A stretch of 56,940 nt of DNA from Candidatus Cloacimonadota bacterium (GTDB lineage Bacteria > Hydrothermota > E44-bin80). The stretch covers positions 1 through 56,940 of the forward strand of contig SOIS01000152.1 in the NCBI GenBank assembly GCA_004375965.1, read 5' to 3'. The position numbers were made by a program, and so were the translations under genes. Each line of letters opens with the position of its first letter. Position 1 is the first letter of the stretch. A model generated the notes under the pieces. That model made no database searches. It saw nothing but the letters and a program-made list of their open reading frames with translations, and was not told where the DNA came from. Shown piece by piece: positions 33,993 to 45,574 of this stretch.

Positions 33993-34811
33993 GTGGATTA
34001 TGAAAGTTTCTATAAATTAAAATTACATCCATTTTCCAGTTCTCCAGACGATAGGTTTTATTATAATAGTCCGAAGCATTCAAAAGCAATACTTAAATTA
34101 ACCCATTCAGCTGAGACAATGTTAGGGTTGGCTATATTAGTAGGTGATATTGGAACGGGAAAAACTACACTTTCACGAATATTACTTGATAACCTTTCTT
34201 CAACAGATGAATTTGAAGTGGCGCTCCTTGTAATGATTCATTCAGAAATTACACCTATCTGGATGTTAAAGAAGATCGGAAACCAGTTTGGTGTGGAGTT
34301 AGAAACTGACGATAAAGTTGAGATTATATCGAGTATTTATCAACAACTTATGAAACTTAAGGAAGAAGGGAAAAAAGCAGTTGTCTTAATAGACGAAGCA
34401 AATATGCTTCAAAATAAAGACATTATGGAAGAATTACGAGGACTTCTTAATATACAATTTGAAGAGGGACATCTTATTACATTTATCCTTTTTGGTCTTC
34501 CAGAAATGGAGGATTATCTTAAACTTGATAAACCTCTCTACCAGAGGGTATCTATGAGGATACTTCTTGGAGCCCTTTCCCCAGAGTCGACAAATGCATA
34601 CATTAACCACAGACTTTCTGTAGCAGGCAGGGAAAATCCACTTTTTACTATTGAGGCAATGGATGTGATTCATAAATTTTCAAAAGGAAAACCAAGAATG
34701 ATAAATACAATCTGCGATAATGTCTTGCTTGAAGGTTATCTTCTTAAAAAACCCCTTATAGATGAACTCTTAGTTAGAGAAGTTGTTCAGGATCTTGGTC
34801 TTTCAGAATAA
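33993..34811 (+). CDS. ExeA/GspA/MshM-like AAA ATPase (module 2)
   Basis: 272 aa. GTG start after agggag. MDYESFYKLKLHPFSSSPDDRFYY, GDIGTGKTTLSR, VVLIDEAN. A clear paralog of 31236-32066. Confidence 0.85.
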   Translation: MDYESFYKLKLHPFSSSPDDRFYYNSPKHSKAILKLTHSAETMLGLAILVGDIGTGKTTLSRILLDNLSSTDEFEVALLVMIHSEITPIWMLKKIGNQFGVELETDDKVEIISSIYQQLMKLKEEGKKAVVLIDEANMLQNKDIMEELRGLLNIQFEEGHLITFILFGLPEMEDYLKLDKPLYQRVSMRILLGALSPESTNAYINHRLSVAGRENPLFTIEAMDVIHKFSKGKPRMINTICDNVLLEGYLLKKPLIDELLVREVVQDLGLSE

Positions 34812-34812
34812 A

Positions 34813-35637
34813 ATGGGTTTCTGTGACCTCCATATACATTCCTGCTACTCAGATGGGACCTTTACCCCAACTGAGATTGTTGAAAAAGCAAAAGAAAAAA
34901 ATCTGTGTGCAATATCAATAACAGACCATGATGAAATATATGCGATTGGAATTGCCAAATCCTACGGGGAGAAGAATGATATTTTAGTTATCTCCGGTAT
35001 TGAACTTAGTGCAATGTATAATGATACTGAGATACATATTTTAGGGTATCTCTTTGACGAAGATGACAAAAAGTTTAGTGAAAAACTTAAAGAGATCAGG
35101 GAATATAGAGAAGAGAGGGCGAAGAAAATCTTAAGAAAACTTGAGGATTATGGTTTCCACATAAATTTTAATTTTGTAAAAAATCTTGCTGGTCAAGGAG
35201 CAATTGGAAGACCTCATGTAGCTCAGGCATTGCTTGAAAACAAAAATATAAACGAGTATAAAGATGCATTTGTTAAATATATAGGAAACGGAAAACCATG
35301 CAATGTTCCAAAATACAGACTTAATCCAAAAGAAGCAATTGAGTTGATAACAGACGCTGGTGGCATTCCTGTTTTGGCTCACCCAGGTAACATTAGGGAT
35401 GATGGAGTTGTTGATGAAATTCTTAGATTCCCTTTTGGAGGGCTCGAAGTCTGGCATCCGGATCACACATCCAGACAGATAAAACATTATCTATCAATTG
35501 CAGAAGAAAGGTCTCTTCTTACAACTGGTGGCTCAGATAATCATGGGCATAGGCCAACAAAAGCACCAATAGGCGGAATTGTAGTCGATTTTTCTGCTGT
35601 TGAATCTTTAATAAATTACAAGGATACTCACCTGTGA
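34813..35637 (+). CDS. PHP-domain phosphoesterase (TrpH/YciV-like)
   Basis: CDLHIHSCYSDG and ITDHD motifs. I prefer the ATG at 34813, 1 nt after the upstream stop. The ORF is open from 34783. Confidence 0.8.
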   Translation: MGFCDLHIHSCYSDGTFTPTEIVEKAKEKNLCAISITDHDEIYAIGIAKSYGEKNDILVISGIELSAMYNDTEIHILGYLFDEDDKKFSEKLKEIREYREERAKKILRKLEDYGFHINFNFVKNLAGQGAIGRPHVAQALLENKNINEYKDAFVKYIGNGKPCNVPKYRLNPKEAIELITDAGGIPVLAHPGNIRDDGVVDEILRFPFGGLEVWHPDHTSRQIKHYLSIAEERSLLTTGGSDNHGHRPTKAPIGGIVVDFSAVESLINYKDTHL

Positions 35638-36759
35638 AGAAATGCTCTTTTCTTTGATAAGTTCCCTGTCTCCAAAAAATGCTATATCAACACAAAATCG
35701 TGAAAGAGAATATCCAAAACCTAAGGAATAGACAACGTCTTCTTTTATTTTAAGATCATCTAATCGTGCCCCAAAACGGAGAAAACCACCACCCAAAGGT
35801 TTATGATCCTCCTTAGATTGTCCTATGTTTAATTTCTTTTTCTCTTTTTTTTTCTCGAAAAACCTGGATTCGACACCTGTATAAAGCCCTGTTTTTTTAA
35901 GTCCACTGTCGTAACGTAAATCAGTAGATAGTATCCATCGTTCAAGAAAAAAAGTAGAAAATCCAGCACCTATTTTTGTGTGGATTCTATCACTCTCATA
36001 ATCTGTCCAGTAAACCTTTGAAAAGATATCCTTGACTGCGAAACCAAATAAAAAGGGACCCTTGACGTAAGCAAATCCAAGGTCTATTCCAAAACCATTG
36101 CCTGTATCAATGTTACTTGATGCATCAACAGGAGTTGTTTTGGATTTCTTAACCTCCGATACTGCAAGATTAGCTTTATAATATTTTATATTAATTCCGA
36201 AAAGTGGCACGCCGGCCAGGCTTCCAAGCATCTCACTTGATAGGGTTGTCAGGGTTAGGTAAAACTCATCTGTTCTGTATTCAATTTTAGATTCTACACT
36301 CAATGTTTCTTGAAGTTCATCAGAGAAAAGGGTTGTTATCTCTTCAACCCTCATGCTTGCGAGGGGATGCCATGTTAGTCCTCCAGATGGGTTGACAATG
36401 GAGATAAAATCTATAGCTATTCCGGCAAATTCAGGAAGTGAATGGTTTTCCAAGGAGTTTCTTCTCATATCCAGGAAGTCAAAAAGAAGATAATTATTTT
36501 TTATAAAACAGACTGCTGCTGGATTGTAGAAAGAAACAAAGGGGTCACCTGGAAGTGCAATGCCTACATTTCCCATTGCAAGGGAACGTGCCCCCGGAGA
36601 AAACCCGGTAAAATCTCTCTCAGTTACAGGCGAACCTGTAATTGGAGAGAAGAGCAAGAGAACCAGAGACAATATAATCAAGAAAATAAGTATATATGAT
36701 AATTCCGGTATTCCCTTAAGCATCAGTTGTACTATAAACCCTGTTTGATTGGATGTCAA
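35608..36759 (-). CDS. putative outer-membrane beta-barrel protein (PorV/PorQ/UPF0164-like)
   Basis: 383 aa. N-terminal hydrophobic signal, then GARSLAMGNVGIALPGDPFVSFYNPAA, typical of these barrels. Alternating beta-strand pattern and an aromatic C-terminal end. Confidence 0.5.
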   Translation of the reverse strand: MTSNQTGFIVQLMLKGIPELSYILIFLIILSLVLLLFSPITGSPVTERDFTGFSPGARSLAMGNVGIALPGDPFVSFYNPAAVCFIKNNYLLFDFLDMRRNSLENHSLPEFAGIAIDFISIVNPSGGLTWHPLASMRVEEITTLFSDELQETLSVESKIEYRTDEFYLTLTTLSSEMLGSLAGVPLFGINIKYYKANLAVSEVKKSKTTPVDASSNIDTGNGFGIDLGFAYVKGPFLFGFAVKDIFSKVYWTDYESDRIHTKIGAGFSTFFLERWILSTDLRYDSGLKKTGLYTGVESRFFEKKKEKKKLNIGQSKEDHKPLGGGFLRFGARLDDLKIKEDVVYSLGFGYSLSRFCVDIAFFGDRELIKEKSISSQVSILVIY

Positions 36760-36831
36760 GAATTATTTAATTGAGAATTAGAAATTGGGATTTTTTCCCC
36801 CCTCATTCGGATTTTTTGTGCGAGATTCTGG

Positions 36832-36859
36832 TTGACATTACTAGAAAAACTGCTATATT
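36832..36859 (+). promoter_or_regulatory. sigma70-type promoter of the M1 peptidase gene
   Basis: TTGACA (36832-36837), 16 nt, TATATT (36854-36859). Confidence 0.5.
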
Positions 36860-36893
36860 ATTTTTATGTTCATTAAAAAACAAAGGAGGTCAT

Positions 36894-39767
36894 ATGTTTA
36901 ATATTATTCTTTCTCTCTTTTTTCTTTTTACTCTTGATGTACCAACACCTCCTTCCCACATCAGGGATATAATCCGTAAGGATATACGACCTCAAATTGT
37001 TGATATTGACTCTGTCCACTCATATGATGTTCTTTCGTATAAAATTAATCTGATTCTTGATCCGGGTGCTCAATTTATTGATGGCTTTACCGAGATTTCC
37101 TGCAAGGTTGTTTATCCTTCGATTGATACAATTACCATGGATTTTGAAGATATGGTGGTAGAGTCAGTTCTTGTAGATGGAATCGAAACAGGTTACACTT
37201 ACGGAGGAGGATACTTAAATGTGATACTCTCATCGGCAGCATCAGCAGGCGAAACATTGACTGTTCATGTTGCATACAATGGATATCCACAATTGCATTC
37301 AACACCTTTCTGGCCGGAGGGTATCTTTTTCTTAGACAATGTTGTTTATACCCTTCAGTGCCCCGAAGGTTCGCGATACTGGTATCCTTCATGGGATAAG
37401 CCATTTGATAAAGCAACAATTGAAATGATCTTCACTGTCCCGGACACGCTCTTTCTCTGTTCAAACGGTGTGCTTGTGGATTCCTCTAATACTGGTGGTG
37501 GAACTATTACCTATTCCTGGAGACATGATTATCCAGCAGCAACATATCTTCATTTATTCGCTGCTTCTAAGTATGTTCAGTTAATAGATACCACTAGCAC
37601 GATAGTTCCAATAATTCATTATGTTTACCATGAGGATTCAGCTAACGCACTTTTAGATTTTATAAGGATTCCCGAAGCAATTGATTTATACTCAACTCTG
37701 TTTGGCCCATATCCATTTGAGAAATTTGGATTCAATGAGAGTGAAGTAGGTGGTGGAATGGAACATCAAACGAATGTATCTCTTGGAAGTTTTTTAATTA
37801 ATGGAACAGGTTCATACGAATTGATTTTCGTTCATGAGCTAGCACATCAGTGGTGGGGTGATATGGTCACACTTGTTGACTGGCGTCACTGCTGGTTAAA
37901 TGAGGGGTTTGCAACATATTCTGAGGCGTTATGGTGGGAATACCTTTATGGGATACAAGGTTTGAAAACGTATGTTATAGTCCTTCAAAATCAATATATA
38001 AGCTGGGAGGCTGGTGGTCATTTGTACCCAATCTTTGACCCCCCCCTGCAGTATCTTTTTTCAACCACCACATACGAAAAGGCAGCATGTGTTCTCCATA
38101 TGCTAAGGTTTCTTGTTGGAGACAGCCTTTTCTTTTCAACACTTAATTCGTATGGGCAAACATACAAATATAAAAATGCAAGTTCGGATGATTTTAAGAA
38201 TATAGCTGAGATGGTCAGTGGGGAAGAACTCGGCTGGTTCTTTGATGAATGGATATATGGTGGCGGTTCACCAAAATTCCTTTACACCGTCTTCTATGAT
38301 ACAAATTCAGATTCATTTTCCCTTCTCACAGCAAGTGAGTCAAACACTGAAACTCAATACGAGATGGATTGTGAGGTGATGTTTATTTCTGGAACAGATA
38401 CGCTTGTTGATACGGTTATGATAAAACCTTATCTAAAGGAGGTTTCATATATACTTTCAGGATCATTGGATAGTATCATTTTTGATGAATTTAAGTGGAT
38501 ACTTACACGGGGATTTGTGAATACGCTCCCGGAGCTTTCCAATGCAATACCTGGAGATGGAAAGGTGGACCTATTCTGGCACCCTTTCTATGATACGACC
38601 TTGTATACTTACAATGTTTTCTATTCAACCGATTCAACAGGTGGATGGCTAACGTCTAATACAACCCCATTTGATTCAACCCATTATACTGTTTCAGGAC
38701 TTCAGAATAGTCAGATTTATTATTTTAAGATAAATGCCACGAACAGTAAGGATTACGAGAGCGATTCCTCAAACATCCTTTCTGCAAAACCTATTGGGTT
38801 TCCTATGGATAGGGGACTCCTCGTTGTTGATGAGACTGTGGATGGTAGCGGTGGCTCACCAATCCTTCCAACAGATGAACAGGTCGATTCTTTCTATGAT
38901 TATTGTATAGCCCCTATTTCATACACGCAATGGGATTGTGCAGATAAGGGACTTCCTCCAATTGATACCCTTGCACACTATAAACAGGTACTCTGGCACG
39001 ATGATGATATGGGTTATAGTACGATAAATGAATGTGCAGATGAGCTTATTACATACTGTTATAATGGCGGCGGTTTTGTTCTAAGCGGATGGAGGACCAT
39101 GAAGTCCTTTACTTCTTCTATGCTTGACTTTTATGGAATTACAGATGAAGGTGAAATCACTGTCCCGAAGTTCAAGGGTGTTTATGGAATGAATGGGTAT
39201 ACAGATGTAGCGGTTGATTCAGCGAAAATGGTTGCTTCTTGGAATTGGATGCTTAACTACGGGTGGCATTTTGATCGGAGCAAAGGTGACACCATTGCAC
39301 TTATTGAATCTCCGGATACCCTCTACGACAGTCTCATAACAGGGATGAGAAACATTGGCGGTACCAATAAATATATTATACTCGGTTTCCCACTCTATTT
39401 TATGGAGGGTGAGGATGCAAAGACATTCTTGCAGAAGGCGCTTATAGATATAGGCACGGGAGTAAGTGAAGATGAGAAAGGAACGATTAAAAGAGTCAGT
39501 ATTGGAAAGCCGTATCCTGAGCCATTTTCAATGAGAACACATTTCTCTATTTCTCTTCCACATGTTGTGCCTGTTAATATTAGCATCTTTGATGTTTCTG
39601 GACGGATGGTCCGAGCCATTCATAGTGGAAGGTTGGACAAAGGAAGACATACTTTTACATGGAATGGAAGGGATAGCCAAGGAAAATATGTTGCAAGTTC
39701 GGTCTATTTTATTGTGATAGATGCAGGAAAAAACCGAATAACAAGGAAAGTGATTTTATTGAAGTGA
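36894..39767 (+). CDS. secreted M1-family aminopeptidase with FN3-like domain and T9SS-type (FlgD-Ig-like) C-terminal sorting domain
   Basis: GGMEHQ, HELAHQWWGD plus WLNEGFATY zinc site. The C-terminal ~80 aa (ISIFDVSGRMVRAI...YFIVIDAGKNRITRKVILLK) fit the T9SS CTD pattern. I prefer the start MFNIILSLFF after aaaggagg. The ORF is open from 36771. Confidence 0.85.
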   Translation: MFNIILSLFFLFTLDVPTPPSHIRDIIRKDIRPQIVDIDSVHSYDVLSYKINLILDPGAQFIDGFTEISCKVVYPSIDTITMDFEDMVVESVLVDGIETGYTYGGGYLNVILSSAASAGETLTVHVAYNGYPQLHSTPFWPEGIFFLDNVVYTLQCPEGSRYWYPSWDKPFDKATIEMIFTVPDTLFLCSNGVLVDSSNTGGGTITYSWRHDYPAATYLHLFAASKYVQLIDTTSTIVPIIHYVYHEDSANALLDFIRIPEAIDLYSTLFGPYPFEKFGFNESEVGGGMEHQTNVSLGSFLINGTGSYELIFVHELAHQWWGDMVTLVDWRHCWLNEGFATYSEALWWEYLYGIQGLKTYVIVLQNQYISWEAGGHLYPIFDPPLQYLFSTTTYEKAACVLHMLRFLVGDSLFFSTLNSYGQTYKYKNASSDDFKNIAEMVSGEELGWFFDEWIYGGGSPKFLYTVFYDTNSDSFSLLTASESNTETQYEMDCEVMFISGTDTLVDTVMIKPYLKEVSYILSGSLDSIIFDEFKWILTRGFVNTLPELSNAIPGDGKVDLFWHPFYDTTLYTYNVFYSTDSTGGWLTSNTTPFDSTHYTVSGLQNSQIYYFKINATNSKDYESDSSNILSAKPIGFPMDRGLLVVDETVDGSGGSPILPTDEQVDSFYDYCIAPISYTQWDCADKGLPPIDTLAHYKQVLWHDDDMGYSTINECADELITYCYNGGGFVLSGWRTMKSFTSSMLDFYGITDEGEITVPKFKGVYGMNGYTDVAVDSAKMVASWNWMLNYGWHFDRSKGDTIALIESPDTLYDSLITGMRNIGGTNKYIILGFPLYFMEGEDAKTFLQKALIDIGTGVSEDEKGTIKRVSIGKPYPEPFSMRTHFSISLPHVVPVNISIFDVSGRMVRAIHSGRLDKGRHTFTWNGRDSQGKYVASSVYFIVIDAGKNRITRKVILLK

Positions 39768-39916
39768 AAATACGGAACTTGGCTCGTCACAACATTTACG
39801 CAGGCTAAACCTTCGATTCCACTCAGGTCAGGAGCCTGCAGCTACCCTAAACATCAAAAAATGCAACAAGGGGACTTGTCGCACTCCAAAAATATTGGTT
39901 TCCGAAATATTAAAAA

Positions 39917-39936
39917 AAATCTGTGTAAATCTGTGG
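39917..39936. repeat. tandem 10-mer aaatctgtgt/aaatctgtgg
   Basis: Two adjacent copies in the convergent spacer between the M1 peptidase gene and atpD. Confidence 0.7.
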
Positions 39937-39992
39937 CAGGAAGACAGTAGGTAGTAAAGAGTAAGTAGTAGAGAGAAGAAAAGAACTTAATA

Positions 39993-40019
39993 ACCTTTGC
40001 GTTCTCTGCGTTCTTTGCG
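39993..40019. repeat. three tandem 9-mers acctttgcg-ttctctgcg-ttctttgcg
   Basis: Direct reading of the sequence. It lies 10 nt downstream of the atpD stop. Confidence 0.75.
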
Positions 40020-40028
40020 GTGAGAAAA

Positions 40029-40649
40029 TCAACGAGAGCGGACAATGTCCTTTACCTTCATCAACCGTGTAAGGTTACTTCTCTCCATTTCGGAGAGTTT
40101 CATTGTGATATACTTTATGGTGTCTTCAAGATTTGGTATGAGGATGTATTCAAGTGCATTTACCCTTCTTCTTGTCTTCTCTATTTCCTCTGCCATTAGT
40201 TGAAGCTTCTTTTCCTTCTCTGCAAGGTGAATAAGTTCTTCAACTACCCTTTCAATTGCAAGAAGTGATGAATCGAGTTCACCTGTTGTATGAGCAAAAC
40301 CATAGTTTTGAATACTGCCCTCTGTTTGAACCTTGAAGATGGGTGTTTTAACACCCATTGTAGATTTCTCTTCTATGGTAAGTTCGATCCTTATGCCAGG
40401 AATGAGCATAGCACTTTCGAGGAACTCAATTCCCATTCCTGCTTTGGCAAAGAGGTATCTTCCCGTTGCCTTGGCAAGTTCCCTGTCCACCTTTTTCCTC
40501 AGTTCCTTCACCTTATCCACAAGTTCAAGAAGTTGTTTCATTAGTTCGTCTTGCTTATCCTTAAGCAATTTATGACCTCTTTTTGCAAGCACACGTCTTT
40601 TTTTCAATCTTAAAAGTTCCATTCTGTTCGGATTTGTATCAAGGATCAT
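40029..40649 (-). CDS. atpD: A/V-type ATP synthase subunit D
   Basis: 206 aa. N-terminus NPNRMELLRLKKRRVLAKRGHKLLKDKQDEL. Confidence 0.9.
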   Translation of the reverse strand: MILDTNPNRMELLRLKKRRVLAKRGHKLLKDKQDELMKQLLELVDKVKELRKKVDRELAKATGRYLFAKAGMGIEFLESAMLIPGIRIELTIEEKSTMGVKTPIFKVQTEGSIQNYGFAHTTGELDSSLLAIERVVEELIHLAEKEKKLQLMAEEIEKTRRRVNALEYILIPNLEDTIKYITMKLSEMERSNLTRLMKVKDIVRSR

Positions 40650-40657
40650 GAGACCCC

Positions 40658-42073
40658 CTATTCTTTATATTCGCTTTTCTCACTCGTATCATCTTCTTTT
40701 TTGAATTTCTTAAAATATTTTTCTATATATTCGTCACGAACCCTTTTCATCTCTTCCTTTGGGAAAACACTTAGAAGTTTCCATCCCAAATCGAGTGTTT
40801 CTTCTATTGATCTGTTTTCATACTCACCTTGAGTAACATAGTTAGTTTCAAATGAGTCTGCAAAATCAAAATAGACCTTATCAATCTCTGAGAGCGATGC
40901 CTCTCCGAGAATGACCGCGAGTTCCTGTGCTTCTTTACCCTTTGCATATGCAGCGTACAGTTGATTGAGGAGGTCAGCATGGTCTTCTCTTGTCTTTCCT
41001 TTTCCAATGCCTTTGTCCTTCAACCTTGATAATGAGGGTAGCACATCGACTGGGGGTGAAACCTTTTTCCTATGGAGTGCTCTTGAAAGTATAATCTGAC
41101 CTTCTGTTATATATCCTGTAAGGTCTGGTATTGGGTGTGTCTTATCATCCTCCGGCATGGAGAGGATGGGAATTAGAGTTATTGAGCCTGTCTTCCCTTT
41201 TATCCTTCCTGCTCTTTCATATATGGTTGAAAGGTCAGTGTAAAGATAACCTGGATATCCTCGTCTTCCTGGTATTTCCTTCCGAGCAGCGGATACCTCT
41301 CTTAATGCCTCACAATAGTTTGTCATATCTGTCAGTATCACGAGCACATGCATATCTCTTTTAAATGCAAGGTATTCAGCAGCTGTAAATACAACCCTTG
41401 GTGTTGCAATTCTTTCAATTGCAGGATTATCGGCAAGGTTCAGAAAAAGTACTGCCCTCTCCATTGCTCCTGTCCTCTTGAAATCGTCAATAAAAAACTG
41501 AGCCTCTTCAAATGTAATCCCCATAGCACCAAAAACAACAGCAAACTCTTCCTCTTTTCCGAGTACCTTTGACTGTCTTGCGATCTGAGCTGCAAGTCTA
41601 TTATGTGGAAGCCCTGAACCTGAGAAAAGTGGGAGTTTCTGGCCTCTTACAAGTGGATTTAGTCCATCAATTGTGGAAACACCTGTCTGTATAAACTCGT
41701 TTGGATAGTTCCTTGCAGTTGGATTTATGGGTGAACCACTTATGTCCACCCTCTCATCGGGTATTATCGATGGTCCACCATCGATTGGTGAACCTAATCC
41801 ATCAAAAACCCTTCCGAGCATATCCATGGAAACACTAAGTTCTATCTCTCTACCAAGAAATCGAACCTTACTTTCTTCTACATCTATGCCTGATGTTCCT
41901 TCAAAAACCTGTATTAATGCAGTATTTCTATTTACCTCAAGAACTTGTCCCCTCCTTTTACAACCATCAGTGAGGAATATCTCCACAAGTTCTCCGAATT
42001 TTATATCCTTTACTTTGTCAACAATGAGAAGTGGTCCTGAAACATCAGTTATTGTTAGATAGTCTTTATACAT
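40658..42073 (-). CDS. atpB: A/V-type ATP synthase subunit B
   Basis: 471 aa. Non-catalytic nucleotide-binding subunit pattern ([22 protein letters not shown]). Confidence 0.95.
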   Translation of the reverse strand: MYKDYLTITDVSGPLLIVDKVKDIKFGELVEIFLTDGCKRRGQVLEVNRNTALIQVFEGTSGIDVEESKVRFLGREIELSVSMDMLGRVFDGLGSPIDGGPSIIPDERVDISGSPINPTARNYPNEFIQTGVSTIDGLNPLVRGQKLPLFSGSGLPHNRLAAQIARQSKVLGKEEEFAVVFGAMGITFEEAQFFIDDFKRTGAMERAVLFLNLADNPAIERIATPRVVFTAAEYLAFKRDMHVLVILTDMTNYCEALREVSAARKEIPGRRGYPGYLYTDLSTIYERAGRIKGKTGSITLIPILSMPEDDKTHPIPDLTGYITEGQIILSRALHRKKVSPPVDVLPSLSRLKDKGIGKGKTREDHADLLNQLYAAYAKGKEAQELAVILGEASLSEIDKVYFDFADSFETNYVTQGEYENRSIEETLDLGWKLLSVFPKEEMKRVRDEYIEKYFKKFKKEDDTSEKSEYKE

Positions 42074-42095
42074 TCAACCTCCTAAACTGCATCTC

Positions 42096-43868
<1,773 letters not shown>

Positions 43869-43889
43869 AAACAGCTCCTTCCAAGTATG

Positions 43890-43918
43890 TTACTATAATC
43901 TATTTAGTGTTTTGTCAA
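43890..43918 (-). promoter_or_regulatory. candidate internal promoter upstream of atpA
   Basis: Reverse complement reads TTGACA, then TATAGT (15-nt spacer) or TAGTAA (17-nt spacer). It lies in the 165-nt gap after etfB. Confidence 0.4.
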
Positions 43919-44033
43919 TTAAGGTACAATCTATTTTTAAATATTAAGAGGTGCTACATCTTTCTCCACAGTGTCTGTGTTAAGACTGAAAGCCTCACCT
44001 ATTAGAATCTCACCTGTTAAAACTAAATCCATT

Positions 44034-44828
44034 TTACTTGATATGTTCCAGTATCTCTTTCAATGCATCTGCAACTTTATTAACCGAACTCTCCAGATCA
44101 CCTTTGAATATTTTACTGTCCTTTTTTATCTCAGGTGAAAAGATCTTGATGACCAACGTTGCAGAGCCAGAAAGTCCAATCCTATCTGAATCGGTTCTAA
44201 TATCATGATGTGTTAGAATAGGTATTTCCACCTTTTTTGAGATCAATTTTCCTCTCAAAGTAGGTAATCTTGGAATATTAATATCTTTTACAACAGTAAG
44301 AAGTGCGGGGAGAGGAGTTTCAATTATTTCATATCCATCTTCTGTTATTCTCTGTACCATTACAGATGTTTTGTCAATCTTTTCTATCTTTCTCACATAA
44401 GCTATCTGAGGAATGTCAAGATGTCCTGCAAGTCCAGGACCAACTTGTGCTGTGTCACCATCTATTGCCTGCTTTCCACATATAATAAGATCAAAATCAG
44501 CTATTTTTCTTATAGCCATGGATAGGGTATAGGATGTTGCAAGGGTATCTGCACCTGCAAATTCAGTATCTGATAGTAGGTATGCCTTATCAACACCCAT
44601 TGCAATTGTCTCTTTGAGTGCATCCTTTGCCTGTGGCGGTCCCATTGAGATGGCAATTACTTCCCCACTTCCAACATTTTCCTTTATTTTTAATGCTTCT
44701 TCAACAGCGTGAAGGTCAAATGGATTTACAATTGATTCTACACCCTCTCTTATAAGGGTGTTGGTTTCAGGATTTATCTTTACCTCTGTTGTATCAGGTA
44801 CCTGTTTTACACATACGATTATTCTCAT
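44034..44828 (-). CDS. etfB: electron transfer flavoprotein beta subunit
   Basis: 264 aa. N-terminus MRIIVCVKQVPDTTEVKINPETNTLIREGV. Confidence 0.9.
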   Translation of the reverse strand: MRIIVCVKQVPDTTEVKINPETNTLIREGVESIVNPFDLHAVEEALKIKENVGSGEVIAISMGPPQAKDALKETIAMGVDKAYLLSDTEFAGADTLATSYTLSMAIRKIADFDLIICGKQAIDGDTAQVGPGLAGHLDIPQIAYVRKIEKIDKTSVMVQRITEDGYEIIETPLPALLTVVKDINIPRLPTLRGKLISKKVEIPILTHHDIRTDSDRIGLSGSATLVIKIFSPEIKKDSKIFKGDLESSVNKVADALKEILEHIK

Positions 44829-44831
44829 TTT

Positions 44832-45494
44832 TTATTCCCTGCATTCTGCCAGCAGTGCTTCGACTGCATTTTTTGCTGCAACCTCTTCCGCCTCCTTTTT
44901 GTTTCGTCCCTTTCCATATCCGAGAATCTTCCCATTAATTTTTACATGTACCTCAAAGAGACTATCATTACCATCAATTATCTCCTGAATAATTGAATAT
45001 TCTGGAAGGCCAAAATCCTTGGATAATGTAAGTTCCTGTAATTTTCCCTTAATGTTCCAGTCTTCCATCTCAATTTCTTCAGGAATAATATTTCTTTCTA
45101 TAAAGTTTTCAGTATTCTTGTACCCATAATCAAGATAAATTGCTCCTAAAAGAGCCTCAACTGCTTCAGCTAGGATAGTCTCTTTTGCTTCACCGCCTGT
45201 TTGCCTTTCTCCCTTTCCGAGTTTCAGAAGTTCATTCAGTTTCCATTCTTTTGCCTTCTTGGAAAGAAAACGCGAGTTTACAATTGATGCCCTCTTTTCT
45301 GTCATCTCACCTACTGAAAGTTGTGGATATTTTCGAAGGATATACAAACTTACTGAAAGTTCAAGAATAACATCACCAAGAAATGCGAGTTTTTTGTTGT
45401 TTAATTCCCATTCACAGGAACTATGGGTCATTGCCTCTTCAAACCTTGTTATCTTTTCGAGTTCGAGCCCGAGTCTTTTATTTAGTTGCACCAT
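44832..45494 (-). CDS. rnc: ribonuclease III
   Basis: 220 aa. Signature KLAFLGDVILEL, and a C-terminal dsRNA-binding domain (GKGRNKKEAEEVAAKNA). Confidence 0.9.
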   Translation of the reverse strand: MVQLNKRLGLELEKITRFEEAMTHSSCEWELNNKKLAFLGDVILELSVSLYILRKYPQLSVGEMTEKRASIVNSRFLSKKAKEWKLNELLKLGKGERQTGGEAKETILAEAVEALLGAIYLDYGYKNTENFIERNIIPEEIEMEDWNIKGKLQELTLSKDFGLPEYSIIQEIIDGNDSLFEVHVKINGKILGYGKGRNKKEAEEVAAKNAVEALLAECRE

Positions 45495-45574
45495 TATGTA
45501 AAAAACATAGAGACGCTGAGAAGACAGAAACCAGAAATCAGAAGTAAGAGTTAAAATAATAATCCGAATACCCT

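Noticed and set aside
39824-39832. caggtcagg, which resembles the conserved SRP (4.5S) RNA domain IV sequence.
   Set aside because: The following sequence lacks the GGAA tetraloop and the symmetric-loop partner (AGCAGC). The flanks do not form the long helix. It is probably a chance match.
39917-40019. Considered the tandem short repeats as a possible CRISPR array.
   Set aside because: The units are only 9-10 nt, directly adjacent with no spacers, and no cas genes are present.
39854-40045. A 63-aa minus-strand ORF in the M1 peptidase-atpD spacer.
   Set aside because: It overlaps the atpD 3' end, translates the tandem 9-mers (TAKNAENAK) and has no RBS.
43937-44032. A 31-codon ORF (MDLVLTGEILIGEAFSLNTDTVEKDVAPLNI) starting 1 nt after the etfB stop.
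   Set aside because: It is too short, has no recognisable motif and overlaps the candidate atpA promoter. It cannot be supported from sequence alone.
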